Shown: positions 1-12,394 of the stretch, piece by piece | How positions within the stretch are numbered: the stretch's first letter is position 1 | Layout: the number at the start of each line of letters is the position of its first letter | Source of the DNA: Trichoplax adhaerens | Taxonomy: Eukaryota; Animalia; Placozoa | DNA: 64,000 nucleotides | NCBI RefSeq assembly: GCF_000150275.1 | Contig: NW_002060947.1 | Span: 728,695 to 792,694, forward strand | Direction of reading: 5' to 3' | Notes under the pieces: generated by a model | Databases searched by the model: none | What the model saw: only the letters and a program-made list of their open reading frames with translations | Told to the model about the DNA's origin: nothing | Position numbers and translations under genes: made by a program

Positions 1-2319
1 AATTTGCTGATAGTTACTGCTTGCTCGACATCTTAGTATCACAGTTTGACCCTCAGATACATTTTTTGAACTTGGATGCTGGTTGATGTACAAATAATCT
101 AGAAAAATAATTAAATTGATAATACATACCCTTCAGTCTTAACGGTTATACGATTACAAGAACTAAAGGAAGTATCTTGTTTGCTACGAAAGTAACGACT
201 ATTTCTTTATAACGATTATTCAGTTAATTAGAATACTGACCATCCAATTCAAGGGATAGCTTAATTCCAGCTAGGAATCCAAAGGACAACCCTATTGGAC
301 CATAACCATATTGGATTAAGGAAAATTGGACGCTAGAACTGTTGTGATTGAGCACATGTCTACCTCCATGGATGAAGACATGTGCCACCGCATATGTGCC
401 GTTGCTAGTTTGAACTGTAACCCAACGAACATGTTGAAGGGCGCTACCATCTAATCTTAATCCATTTTTTTGGCTATCCAAAATTGCGATATTAACAAAG
501 CGGTCAATAATCTCATCGCCATCAGTGTCTACGCTGTAAAATACATAACTCGACTGATATTGACTAATTGATGGTACAAGAATCATCATTGGATCTGAAA
601 TAGAATGATCGGCATTTTGCCCTTTACTGTATTGAGCTACTGCACAAGGCTTGCTGCATGTTAAATACGTTCCTGTATCGCTAGCTAGATGAAATTCAAG
701 AAATGAACCCTGAGAAATAATATGAATTTGTCCATTTAAATGCATTCGAATGCTTGTATTATCGTAAGCAGCAACAACACGAAATATATCACCAGCTGTT
801 CTATCAGCGAAAGTTGTCAATACATAATTCTTGCCAAGAGAATTTGTTGGTAATAGCTGCTCTACAAGATATTCGCAATCAATTATTCTCACAGGTACTA
901 ATGCACATCGATTGCCAGATTGAACGGCGACTTTCTTATTTGAGTTGATGATTGTTCCGGTTATGTCTTGATTATATCCGAAGTAGAAACTTTGCGATTT
1001 CTGTAAATTGACGATCAGATGATTACTTCGAGAATAAATGGTACCTAGATAGTTAACGTTTCGCGGGAAAATAATGCTGAGTTGGGTTTGATCTTGAGAT
1101 GCAGTAACCAAAAATTGAGACCTTTGGTACGGTGTATACGTTGCAATAACATATTGTTTGCCAAAAGCTGTTGTCGGTAAAGCAAGATATCCATCAGCTG
1201 ATAATGGGTGTACATGATATCCTTCAACAATGATATCTTGATCCGATGTCACAAGAACAGTTTTGCTACTTACTCCATTTACACTATTTTCGAGTGATAT
1301 TGGTAGCGGAATTTCTCGGTAGCTTTGTGCACTAATACTAAAAAGGCTAATGGATTTATCATAATTATTAGTAATAGTCACTTGCGCAGCTTGATTTAAA
1401 GTTGTAATAACGACAAAAGGAAAATGTGAACCATGTTGGTTTGTCGTAGCAGCCTGCATGTATCCAAGATAAAATTTCTTACCGAAATTAGTTACCGATG
1501 TCTTTAATGCTATAGTAAAATAAATTTAAATTGTATCAATTAACAAAATAAAACTCTTCGTATGATATTGTAATAGTAATGTTGATATGATTTACTGATG
1601 TTCGCTCTAAGAGCACTAGTTCAGCCAGAGAATATATTAGTAGCAGTGATGCGAGATAATTTTGCAATTAAGAAAGGTTAACACTAAAGAACTAGAATAA
1701 AAGTCCGATAAAGGACTACTAGATATATCTAATAATCCATGATCCAGCTAATAAATGCTCTACAACAGTTGATATGCTCTAACGGAGATAGCAAATAATA
1801 CTATTTAGTAATGTCGTCTTAAAACTATTTGAATTAATGACAGCGATGTCGCACTGCTGATTTAGGTACCGCAAGAACTTTTCAGCCTACAGTATATTAG
1901 AGACTTCTCAATTGAAGATTTGCGAATTAATACATCATAGTCATTTAATATAGTCCCTTCTGTGGTGACAAGAATGACGAAAAATTCAGTCATTTGCTAC
2001 TTTTCTATACATCGCAGCATATACTTATGTTAGATTATGATAGATCGTTGTCAAGCATTATTTCCCTTTTCTGTCTATTCTAAGAAATCGTTTGCTTGAA
2101 ACGCTACTTTACTGCAGACAAAAATTTATCCGTATTAGGTAAGCTCAACGGATTAAATACTAGAAGGAGAGTATATTCTCAAGATTGTATCAAATTTGGA
2201 AGCACAGTGCATATAATGGTGTTTAATTTAATCTTACCTTCTGATGACAGAGGCCAAAGTAGCAGATAATAAATAGTGATGATTAAAATAATTGTTCGAA
2301 ATTTGATTTTCATTTTCAT
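1..2319 (-). CDS. Secreted/cell-surface protein: signal peptide + IgGFc-binding protein N-terminal (FCGBP-N) domain + Ig-like domain; 3' end runs off the window. Exons 2319-2238, 1509-241, 98-<1
   Basis: Exon 1 MKMKIKFRTIILIITIYYLLLWPLSSE (signal-peptide-like) ends G|GTAAGA. Acceptor CTATAG|1509 extends ORF 224..1459 by ALKTSVTNFGKKFYLGY. The ORF has FCGBP-N hallmarks (SADGYLALPT, GKQYVI, KKVAVQSGNRCA, LVEQLLP, DPMMILVPSISQY). Donor G|GTCAGT at 240; acceptor TTTCTAG|98 gives DYLYINQHPSSKNVSEGQTVILRCRASS (Ig I-set A-B strands). Both introns are phase 1 and frame-consistent. Confidence 0.85.
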
Positions 2320-3762
2320 TAAATTCAAGAAATGACGTTTGCTATTTCCTTCGGTAACAGTTCGTTAAACTAATTCGAAGTCTTCGATGAAGGAGTCTAA
2401 GTCTGAATTTAGTACATTTACTAGATTTAAGACCAATCTGATGAATAATGGATAGCAAAGTGTGGTACTGATTAGAACTAAAACCGTATTTATATCTTGT
2501 GGCTAATGATGCTAATATAAACAGATTTAATAATAGTCATCGATATGTTGTTCTATCACACTTTTTGATGCAATCAGAAATGTAAATCTTTAAGCCCAGA
2601 AGTAAAACTGATAAAAATAAACTTTAATTTATAGGTTAGTTTTTTTGCTACGACTGTATTTATCCTAAAGAAAGCAATGATAATAATCTCCTGTAACTAA
2701 TTATTTGTAAGTGACGTCAAAAATTATAACAGCGGTCCATTGTTGCTGCAATATATTCATAATTGTAATCATTAACTATTGTTGAAGAAGCAAAGGAGAA
2801 CTTTTATCCTGCCCGTTTTATTCATACACTGATAATCAATAAATCGAGAGACAATGACGTCGGAGAAATAATTAGTAAACTATGGCTGATCTTTACCGTA
2901 AAGGAAGTGGTTAAATAATTTAAACTTCAGAAAATTTATCTTGATACCGTTACGAACTGTACTACTTATTTTTGAGTAGCAGGAAATCATTGAGCACGAT
3001 CATAAATTTTTATAATAAATAAGTAAGTTATTTTTAGTTCAAGTTAAGACTATACGCCTACTTCGTCAATGGCGACTATTAGATGTTCGACTTCTCAAGG
3101 ATGATATATGTACAACTGTAGTAGGTGGACTTATACAGCAAAGTTAACTTCTGTGAAATGTAAATAAATAAATACAATATGACTATTTATTTAAATCATA
3201 AAGTATACTGAAGTGTATGTTTGATACTTCATCACTTATTATAGAGAATTAAAATGATCATTTCATATTATAATGGAGTATTTTCTATAGACTAATACAG
3301 TAAATAGCCAAGTGTTAAAAGGAATTTTTAACACTAAAATGCGTTACAACCTGTCATAATGTACGATGATGCTGAAAAGATTGAATGCAAGATTTTTTAA
3401 CACTTCGTACAATTTGCATATCTATAATGAACTTTAACTTTTCAATTTTTCAGTTGTAGACTAGTAGTTGCTGACGTTGTCGATTTGGTCGGCTTTGACA
3501 ATTTTTAAAAAATAAGTGCATAAATAATGATATAAGGCAAATACTTTATATCCAAGCAATCTCAAAGCATGCAAATTCTAGATTGTTGGTGAAAGTTGGT
3601 AAACAAGGATGAAAAAGTCTTAGTGTTATTAACCCCTCCAAATCTGACAAATGTATAGTTCGATAATATTATAAGGTTATTATGAAATATGAAATTGTCT
3701 TTAGGAACATGGTGATAGTTTTCAACGTACTATAAATCGAGAATAAAAGTTGAATTATTACT

Positions 3763-4267
3763 TATCACAAATTATTTGTGAACGATTTATTAAGATACTA
3801 CAGTAGCAGTGTGTAGACTTCAACTAACTTAAAAGTATCTTACTGAGGGAGGACTAACTTTCCTACACAGTAAAGCATCTACCGTACCTAATCATCTTGA
3901 GGTAGTAATACTTTTATGTATAATGACCAACTCCATCTGAGGTCGGATTAATGTCTAGTGCACTAGTAAAATAGGAACTGAGTGACGATTATTCGTTCGC
4001 CTTTTATACCTTCTACGGATATTCATGGGTCATACGAGTAAGAGACTCCTTTTACATTTTGTACATGTTAGTGTAGCGAATTTTCTTCAGGCAATCAATA
4101 TTACTCAGTATGGACTTGATTCGTAAATAACATTATAATTATAATCAGAGATAAATATTTAACGAGCCAACTAATGCATGTAAACTTAGCACTAAAATAA
4201 ACAGCTAACCAAAGTTAGTTTATTAACACATCCGAGATTATTAACAGAGGAACGTAGTTCAGTAACA
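3763..4267 (-). mobile_element. Degenerate solo-LTR-like element
   Basis: Right end GTTCAGTAACA (TGTTAC on minus); left end TATCACAAATTATTTGTGA resembles the terminal hairpin of other copies; minus-strand GGTATAAAAGG near 4000; patchy similarity to the 33236 element. TSD not recoverable. Confidence 0.45.
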
Positions 4268-4341
4268 CTAGTGCAAACTCCCGTCGCTTTGCTGACGGTT
4301 TACGATAATGTGCTCATTTAACAGATAGTATTACCATTTGA
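4268..4341 (-). mobile_element. Helitron 3'-end fragment
   Basis: Minus strand reads ...ATTATCGTAAACCGTCAGCAAAGCGACGGGAGTTTGCACTAG|T (hairpin + CTAG); nearly identical to the 3' end of the element at 30048-30853. Confidence 0.7.
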
Positions 4342-5690
4342 TAGACCTATCAGAGGTTCAGTAACTTTTTACCGTGTACTCTATAGGTGCAATAAAGATA
4401 AATAATCTGATAGTAAGCGTGTCCAAAATTTACACTAATTTAAGAGTTTGAGGTCATTTCAGGAAAATGATATTGATGTTCGAATCCATTGCAAAAGACT
4501 GCTATTGCTTTTTACTATATCTTTTTGTAGAGAATTGACGTTAAGTCACGTTAATGCTAATACTTAATTGTACGGATGTCTAATAAATTTGTTTGCACAT
4601 GATAATCATAGAGCCAAACGTATTAATATGAGCTATTAAACTTTCGTACTGTTACTCAGTGAGTTGAAGGCACTGTAATGATGTTCATTCCGGATTTTAG
4701 CGTGCATTTTCAACTTATCCGATATTATGCCGTATGAAATTGCTTTCAATTAGTTAGGATGATTTTTTACTTTTACTTTGTGGCATAATCTGCTTCATAG
4801 CAATTTCGTTTAGTTGCTGGTAAAAAATTGCAGAAAAGGGTCAAAAAATCTTTTAAAGGACTGCCGCTGTGTTTCATTTAGATTTGGCAAAATGATTCGT
4901 TATAATAAGTTTCAAATACTTATTATATCGAAGTATTAAATGATTTGATGATGTATAGAATATAAAGTCTAAGCAAAAGCTGACTTAATACATGAAAAGT
5001 TTCGTGTTTTACATTTTGCCTCATATTCATCAAGAAAAGGTGCAAATAATAGTCTAAACTGCTTTAAACGTACTGTTAATTTCTTAATATAAGATGTAAT
5101 ACATTGATTAGGATAGCTTACGCAAGTAATATATTTAGGCTATTGTCATTATTGACACATTATCTACAGGAGTGCTGAGTGAAATTAAGTTATACATCAT
5201 CAAAGTGTGATGATTTCCTGAAATTGATCGATGCTAGTATAAGCTACAGGTGTGAATTTTATATACTATGAAACAGATAAAACTTTTTGCTGCTAGTTAC
5301 ACCAATTTCCCACTTTATCGATTTATATTAGAACGTAGAGTTCGTCGTCTTACTGATTTTAGGCTAAAGCAATTTTATTAGATTCATACTGCTTAAATAT
5401 GAAATAAGTATACCAATAGTAGATAAGATGCTCGAGCTTTTAGGCATTCAGTAATCCTTATAGTAACAATTTAAGTACTTTATACTGATTGCTCCTAATG
5501 CACAGAAAATTTTGAAGCATACGTGCCATATGAAGGGCCATCAGGGTAAGCGCCATTATAGTGACAATTTGACGACTTGTCATGGATTTGCACTGGTGTA
5601 TAAGCTTTTACCCTATTGGGGGTAGTTACTATATTGACAGTTTGACAACTTGCAACGATTAAGCGCAATATACAGAATATTATAGCGCAA

Positions 5691-6242
5691 TGTAATGTAA
5701 CTAGTATTGCGATTGTAGACTGTTAGCCATGTTTAGTATAATATACGGTAGATATTTATCCTAAGAGATATTTGGTAGCTATAACTACAGACTGTAGTGG
5801 TGTAGACTCTATGCTAGAGTACAGATGACTATATACAGTAAGGTGTGGAGTTACTAATAAGGCTATAGGTAAAAATAGAACTGTAAACCATATATTAAGA
5901 TATGGTTAATTCATTGTACTTTGGCTGGTGTGAATAACGTCTACGTAAATACTGTAGTCGTATCCATATTGGATTAATGATGGTCCGCAGTAGAATAGTC
6001 TTACTAAGAATAATTTAACTATGTGTAAAATAAGGTAAAAGTTTACCATGCGGATTGTAGCTGCGAATGCTACGAAAAGTATAAAAGCATGCAACTTTAG
6101 ATTATTCTGTTAGTTCGTTGTAGAAGTCTTTAGTAGTAGTATTCGGCTAGAGTAGAGTTGTGAGTAGTTAATCTTTGTATAAGATTCAATAAAGCCCTTA
6201 TTTTTCTAAAATTTGGAATCTCGTGATTGGGTATATATCACA
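5691..6242 (+). mobile_element. Solo LTR (552 bp) with 5-bp TSD CGCAA
   Basis: CGCAA|TGTAATGTA ... TATATCACA|CGCAA; internal TATAAAAG (~6080) followed by AATAAAG (~6188). Confidence 0.75.
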
Positions 6243-6412
6243 CGCAAACATACCATATACTGTATACAGTAATTATACCGTTTGTCTACCTAGCATCAGT
6301 ACCATTGCTGCTACAGTAATTACAATTATAGCGATAATTTGACGACCTGCACCGATCTTACTTAAAGTATGTGATTGCATAAGTGTATAGTTGTAAAAGG
6401 TTTTTACAGTAC

Positions 6413-6886
6413 TGTCACAACCAAGATTGCAACACAAAAATTACCGGGATTCTTTCCTCTAGAGTAGTCTCAACTATCTAAGCAACTAGCTCTAAGCACT
6501 CTTTAATCTAACAAACTTAGATTCGAGTCTTAGACGATAGAATACTCGTGCTAAGAATTAAAACTTTATTCTAAAAGCTATTTATTAAAATAACCGACTG
6601 AACTTATAACTTACAATCTACTACTAACAACTGATAACCATCTCTTATCAACTAACTATCAACTCCCTCCGTTAAGAACTTTGAGACCTTTATATAACCT
6701 CACAAACTTCGTTGGTGCAAAACAATAATAAATTTATAGCCAACTCTACGTGCGGAATATAGCAAGAATCACGACACATTTTCTATGACACTTAATAGTA
6801 GTTAATTAATGGCTAGGTGTTAACATTTGATTCATTCTTCAACAAAATTATGTCATTGATGACGCAATAATTAATTAATTTTCACC
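6413..6886 (-). mobile_element. Degenerate LTR-like element related to the TGTCACAAA family; right end uncertain
   Basis: AGTAC|TGTCACAACCAAGATTGCAACA...CCGGGATTC start resembles the 23701 and 42068 copies; minus-strand AATAAAG and TATATAAAG; TTCACC-AGTAC near 6881-6891 may be a truncated end plus TSD. Confidence 0.4.
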
Positions 6887-7020
6887 AGTACATACTGCAA
6901 TAATTCTGTTGCGATGCTTATATGAAGATTCTGAGATCATAATATACTGCTCTAATTATGGTAGTGCTGTGAACATTGTATTTTAATGCTTAAATAGATG
7001 CATAAATTATGAATAGATCG

Positions 7021-7262
7021 CGTTATGATAAATGCTGTGTCTGATTTTGCGACTAACTTGGTAAGATATGATTATAACGTTAAAAATCATTTTGTATCTA
7101 TTAGTATATAAACTGTGAACTTTATTATAAAAATCCGATCATCTGATCGCAGCTAGATAATCCTTGGTAGTTGTAAGTCGAATTTAATCTTACGTAATTC
7201 AGTAAAGTTTACTAGAAACTGTAGTTCTTACTGTAATTTTGAGTAGACACTTTATCATAACA
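7021..7262 (+). mobile_element. Short LTR/TIR-bounded repeat (242 bp)
   Basis: Ends CGTTATGATAAA / TTTATCATAACA (11/12 inverted match); internal TATAAAAA; 3' half similar to 31296-31405. No clean TSD. Confidence 0.5.
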
Positions 7263-7896
7263 ATATTACTCCTTGTGGTTATAACCCTGATTAACAAAGA
7301 GATCTTACGTTATGGCACAAATGGTTTTATTAATAAGCATACTATGGATAGTAAACTATATCCTTAAACTTGTTTATGACCCCAGAAATGACCATTAGTA
7401 AGAAAATGTTTTTTAATATATCATAAAAAATATCGATAAACTTTGGAATTTACGGAATATAGCATTAAAGATACAGCTAAATTCATTTTCTAACATTGGC
7501 CATAGTATCGCCATCATAAATATTTGCTTTTATGAGATCATTAGAATATTCATAAAATTTTAAAGACAGTTAATACTTAAGCCTCTAACGGAATATTTAT
7601 CACACGTTGAACACAATAACTACGGTAGATATTGCTAAATCTATCATCAAATTAGAATACAATATTACACTGTCTTACAGTGGTCTAGTTCAACTATCAT
7701 TAGCTAGAATTTGAATCATCTTAATACTATCTACACATAATAACAATCAACATCAAATATGTAAGGTTATTAATAAACTACCACAAGTATTATCAGCGTT
7801 AAGGCATTACTTATCTTACCTAGTACTACAAATATGCTGCTTAAAAATTAGACAGTTCCTAACATATATAAACGGGAACACTTGAGTTATGTTGTG

Positions 7897-8040
7897 TAGC
7901 GAAAAGTTGTAATGTGTCTGTGCTAATAAAAATTCTATCTTCACGGTACTTTGCTGTATGTGTTTAACGTTTAGTAAAAGAGCGTTTAAGTAAGTAGTTA
8001 TTTAGCGAAAAGTTGTAATGTGTCTGTGCTAATAAAAATT
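7897..8040. repeat. Perfect 38-bp direct repeat pair separated by 68 bp
   Basis: TAGCGAAAAGTTGTAATGTGTCTGTGCTAATAAAAATT at 7897-7934 and 8003-8040. Confidence 0.9.
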
Positions 8041-10857
8041 AAAATATAAATATTATAGAAATTACACTGTGAGCCTATTGTCAGGTTTTTCTTTCGGATG
8101 TCTACCTATAATACGACCCTAAATCTAGAATCTCGTATCACAAGGAGGAATAATAACACAACACTAGTCTCTTTTAGACATAACTGAATCCAAATTTAAT
8201 CGAAAAAAGGCAGTGAATTCATGGAAAATCTCCATAAACATCAATTACCAGTTCATAGAAAATATTATAAAACTATGCAGTTATTAATTAAAAATATGTA
8301 AAACGTCATAGACAAATTAATATAGATACATTCCTAGATAATTTTTCTTATGGAATATATGTTAAGACAACTACGCAAAAGTTGTTCCATAGCACACACA
8401 TTGTCCAAAGATAAAATCTAGCTTTAAAAATATTATCGATACTTTAAATACTGTTGTATTATTGCCAAAATATATTAATTCCATCTGCCTATCAGCTAGT
8501 AATTAATCATAATCCGCAAATATTTCCTTCTTATTTCCTCTTTAACGAGTTGTTATTAAACCAATTTTGTATGCAACTTTATAAGATAAAATTTATTTCT
8601 TTTCATATCTTCCGATATTAAATGGCACTTTTATTATGATCTATTATACAATTAAATTACCCATTGGATATTGAATATTACCGTTATTGAATAAATCTCC
8701 GCTTTTCTGAAATCGTAGCACTGAGGTGCAATTCTAATACAATTATTCTTAATTTGAAGCATAAATAATAGATTTTGTGAATGATGTATAAATTCTAAGT
8801 AAGGAATTAATAATAATTATATTATCATGTATATTCAGCCAAGAAATAACTAAAAATTTTCATTTAATTATTCTAATGTAGAGGGTAGCAATCGATGTCA
8901 TTGAAAGAATATGCTACTGATGGCAACGCATACGGCAATCAAGTGTAATTTTGTGGCATAACGAATTTATAAGGTTTCATCAATCAATAACTGCAGTACT
9001 TGATAATTGTTTATCCTAAGTTAATTTTTTAAACATCAGATCAGCTGAAAATAAAGTATACTTTCAATAATCAATACAGATTATTAACTACGATTTAATT
9101 TACATTACTAATTAGCTTATGATACGTATAGTGGAAAAATAAAATAAGTAGATAAATAAACTGTATGATAAGTAAAATACTATACAGTAGCCAGTTTAAA
9201 TCTTTAACTTTATTTTATCTTTCGATTCCTAACAAATTCTTAAAGTTATCGGCAAAAAGAATAGTATCCAGTAAAGAATAAAGTAGATTTTATTATTAAT
9301 AAGTCGTGTTAGGGTGAAACTTTCAAGGATAAATATTGCTTTGAAGTGTTTATTCCTGTAGGCTACGTATGAATAAACGTAAACTTGACGCCAAATATAA
9401 CGTATTTTGGCAGCCTCGTTATCATCTTCTGTTGTTTACAGCGACGAATAAAGAAGAAATTAACACTGAAAGGCAGTTTTTAAGCGATGACCAGTACATT
9501 TTATAACTTTTCATTCCCGATATGTGTTTAATGAAAACAATTTTTATCATATTGCAAAGTATGCTACACTACTCGTGCTACTTACATATCGAAGATCACG
9601 ACAAAAAAAACAGATTTGTATTACTTTATCTGATAATATCTATTTCTAGTTGATTGGTATCATTATTGTTTTAAAGAGGAGTTAATTTATTTATGAAGAA
9701 AGAATAGATTGTTAAGACCTATGAAAAACTTTATGGGGAAGTACTAATTATCAAGATTCAACATGAGAGACTATTATTGCTTTTGCAAAAAATCTATTGT
9801 AAAGGTAATTCAAAGATTTTCATTGCATTAAAAGTTGAATCAAAACTAGTGATAGAGCCGATTTAAGTAGCATAAAAGCTTCCCTTAGAGAGTTAAGATA
9901 ATTATCAGAAGAAATATATAAAACCGTTTCCGTTAGTTTTCATAACGAAAGTTTCGATTACGAAGGTTATAAGCAATAATTTTTAAAAAAAGTCTTCATT
10001 GTTATTTGATCACAGTATAGATTTCAAATTCAAAAAGTTTAATAATTTTCTTTAAAAATCATGTATTAGCTATTTTCCTTCGGTGAGATTCTTAAATGGT
10101 TTAATTCCACAGCTTCTTAACTTTAAAAAAACAAATAAATCACTAATGAAGATGGTTTTCTAGTGAAATAATCATTATTGCATCTTTTATTAGATTATGT
10201 TAAAAGTAATAAATGCGTTAAATTAATTAAAACCTTACCACGATATTACTTATCTTAATTTTTATTATTTTACCTTTCTTTATATTCAATTCATAATTCA
10301 TATAGCACTAGCATAGATATTGTAAAAACTGACAAATTATATCAAAAATAATAAGCTCTATTAAATTAATAGATTTTTATACTAGAATATGAGACAAAAG
10401 CCCTTAATTACTAGTGGTAGATCATTTAACCTTTTCACTTTGAGATTACTACCAATGGGAACTTGCTCCATTCTAGTGCATAAAGCTATTACCAAGTACA
10501 TTATTTACTTAAACAAAGCCCAACGTATGTGTCGACTATTTTTATGCCATACAGAATTATAATACAGAATATTAAGAGAGCGCTGAAAGCAAGGAAAAAA
10601 TCTGAGAAGATCACTTTCGGTTAAATCTGTGCATAATTATATCGTGGGTTTCGAGTTGGAATGAGCGTTTGAACTTAAAGCCATATTTGTAACTGTAAAT
10701 ATTGGGAACTTAGCCTTGATTTTATAAGTACATTGTCATTTAATGTTTAATTCCTACTCAGTTTATTCTTGATATTTGTTGATCCGTGCGTAAAGTATAT
10801 TTCTTTCCTTTTATTTATTTAGTATAGTGATAGGCTAAAGTTCTTGGTCAAATCAAG

Positions 10858-12394
10858 ATGGAAAATATCAGATTTTCTAATAATACAACAAATATCAATT
10901 GGGCTGCAAATATTCAACAGCCAAATCTTCAAATGTCTACCATTATAACTATTGCCACGCTATTGATTGCAGTACCTTCAATTGCACTTAATTCTTTATT
11001 GATCTTATTTATGATAGCCCAAAGAACATCTCTATCCATATGCCATGTATTTATCCTTAATTTATCAATTTCGGATATTATTTATGTGATATCAAAGTAA
11101 GTATGATTTGGTTTGACTGACAATATATAGCTTAATTTGAAAACGTATAAACAAGATCACGCGTTTCGATTACGGTAATTCTGCACCCTTATCTTCATGT
11201 ACGTCTAAATTTAAAATAAAATAAATGTTAAAATCTGATGAGTTCATAAAGGATTTTTTATGGAAATTTTTCTAAGTTAGCGATCCCTCATCTTATTCGT
11301 TACCTTTTATTTCTCATTTCTTCCGATTCGGTTGAATTTTAACTTCTTCCTTCATATCGATACCTGATCTATATCTCTTTTCTATCTTAGTTCAATTTGC
11401 CATACTTAGTCTTACGTACATATTATTTCTAATATTTATAAATAAATCTTTCACTAATGGTCTGAATAATGCAATCGACTCTTTCCAGTTTTCCAGAAGT
11501 ATTGTTATTTTCATCTACATTTTGAATATATTAAAAACTTCTCTTTTTGTATTACTTTGTAGTTTAGCTTTCATTATTCCTGTTTCATGGCCTTCTTCAA
11601 ACGCTCTCGTATTTTTACATGAATCGTTCAGCTGCAGACTACGCTTCATAAGCATCAGGATATTTGATATAGCTAATTTTCTGATTTTGTCATTAACAAT
11701 CATGTCGTGCTATTTCTCTATGCAAAAAACAAACTTTTTCAACAAAGTTTTCACAACAAAAAGGGCATTTATCTTGGTTACTATAGCTTACGTATGTGGA
11801 CTGATACTTATGATACCTCCACTGTCTGGTAATTTAGGGAATCTTAGTTATCTAAGCAATCTTGGCATATGTATCGTTGCAATTAATAGCTATACTTCGT
11901 TAAGTGGCGCTTTGTACCACATCACACTTATTACTGGCATTGAAACGATCATTTTGATTATAATTATTATATGTTATTGTCGACTGGGATCAACTATTCG
12001 AAAACAGTTATTTCAAACTGCACCTGAAATAGCCAACACAAACAAGGCTGGTGATCGTCAAGTTAGAATTGTCAACAACGATCTATTTCATGTTGAGAGA
12101 GATTTTGCCTTAATAAAGACATTATTCCTAATGCTTTGGCTAGACCTGTGTGTTCAGTTACCTTGCATTATTTATTCTATTTTCACCCTTGCTGGTAATA
12201 CAAAATGGAATTTAACCGTTATATTAATATTCATGATCGTAAGCTACGCGAATACTATAGTTAATCCTATTCTGATTATCCGAAATTATGGTTTGCGAAG
12301 TACAAGAAAAGTAAATCGGAAACGCCATCGAGCGAATCGAGGCCCAGAAACTGCAGCCAACAGAGCTGTTCTTAGGCAACATGGCTTATTATAA
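10858..12394 (+). CDS. Class A (rhodopsin-like) orphan GPCR, paralogue 1 (most divergent), ~356 aa; exons 10858-11096, 11563-12394
   Basis: TM1 ALN, TM2 NLSISD, phase-2 intron AA|GTAAGT...TTGTAG|T, TM3 SCRL, ECL2 GIC, TM5 CY, TM6 QLP, TM7 NTIVNP; seven hydrophobic segments. Confidence 0.85.

Noticed and set aside
7897-8040. CRISPR-like repeat-spacer-repeat
   Set aside because: Only two repeats, a 68-bp spacer, eukaryotic context and no cas genes.
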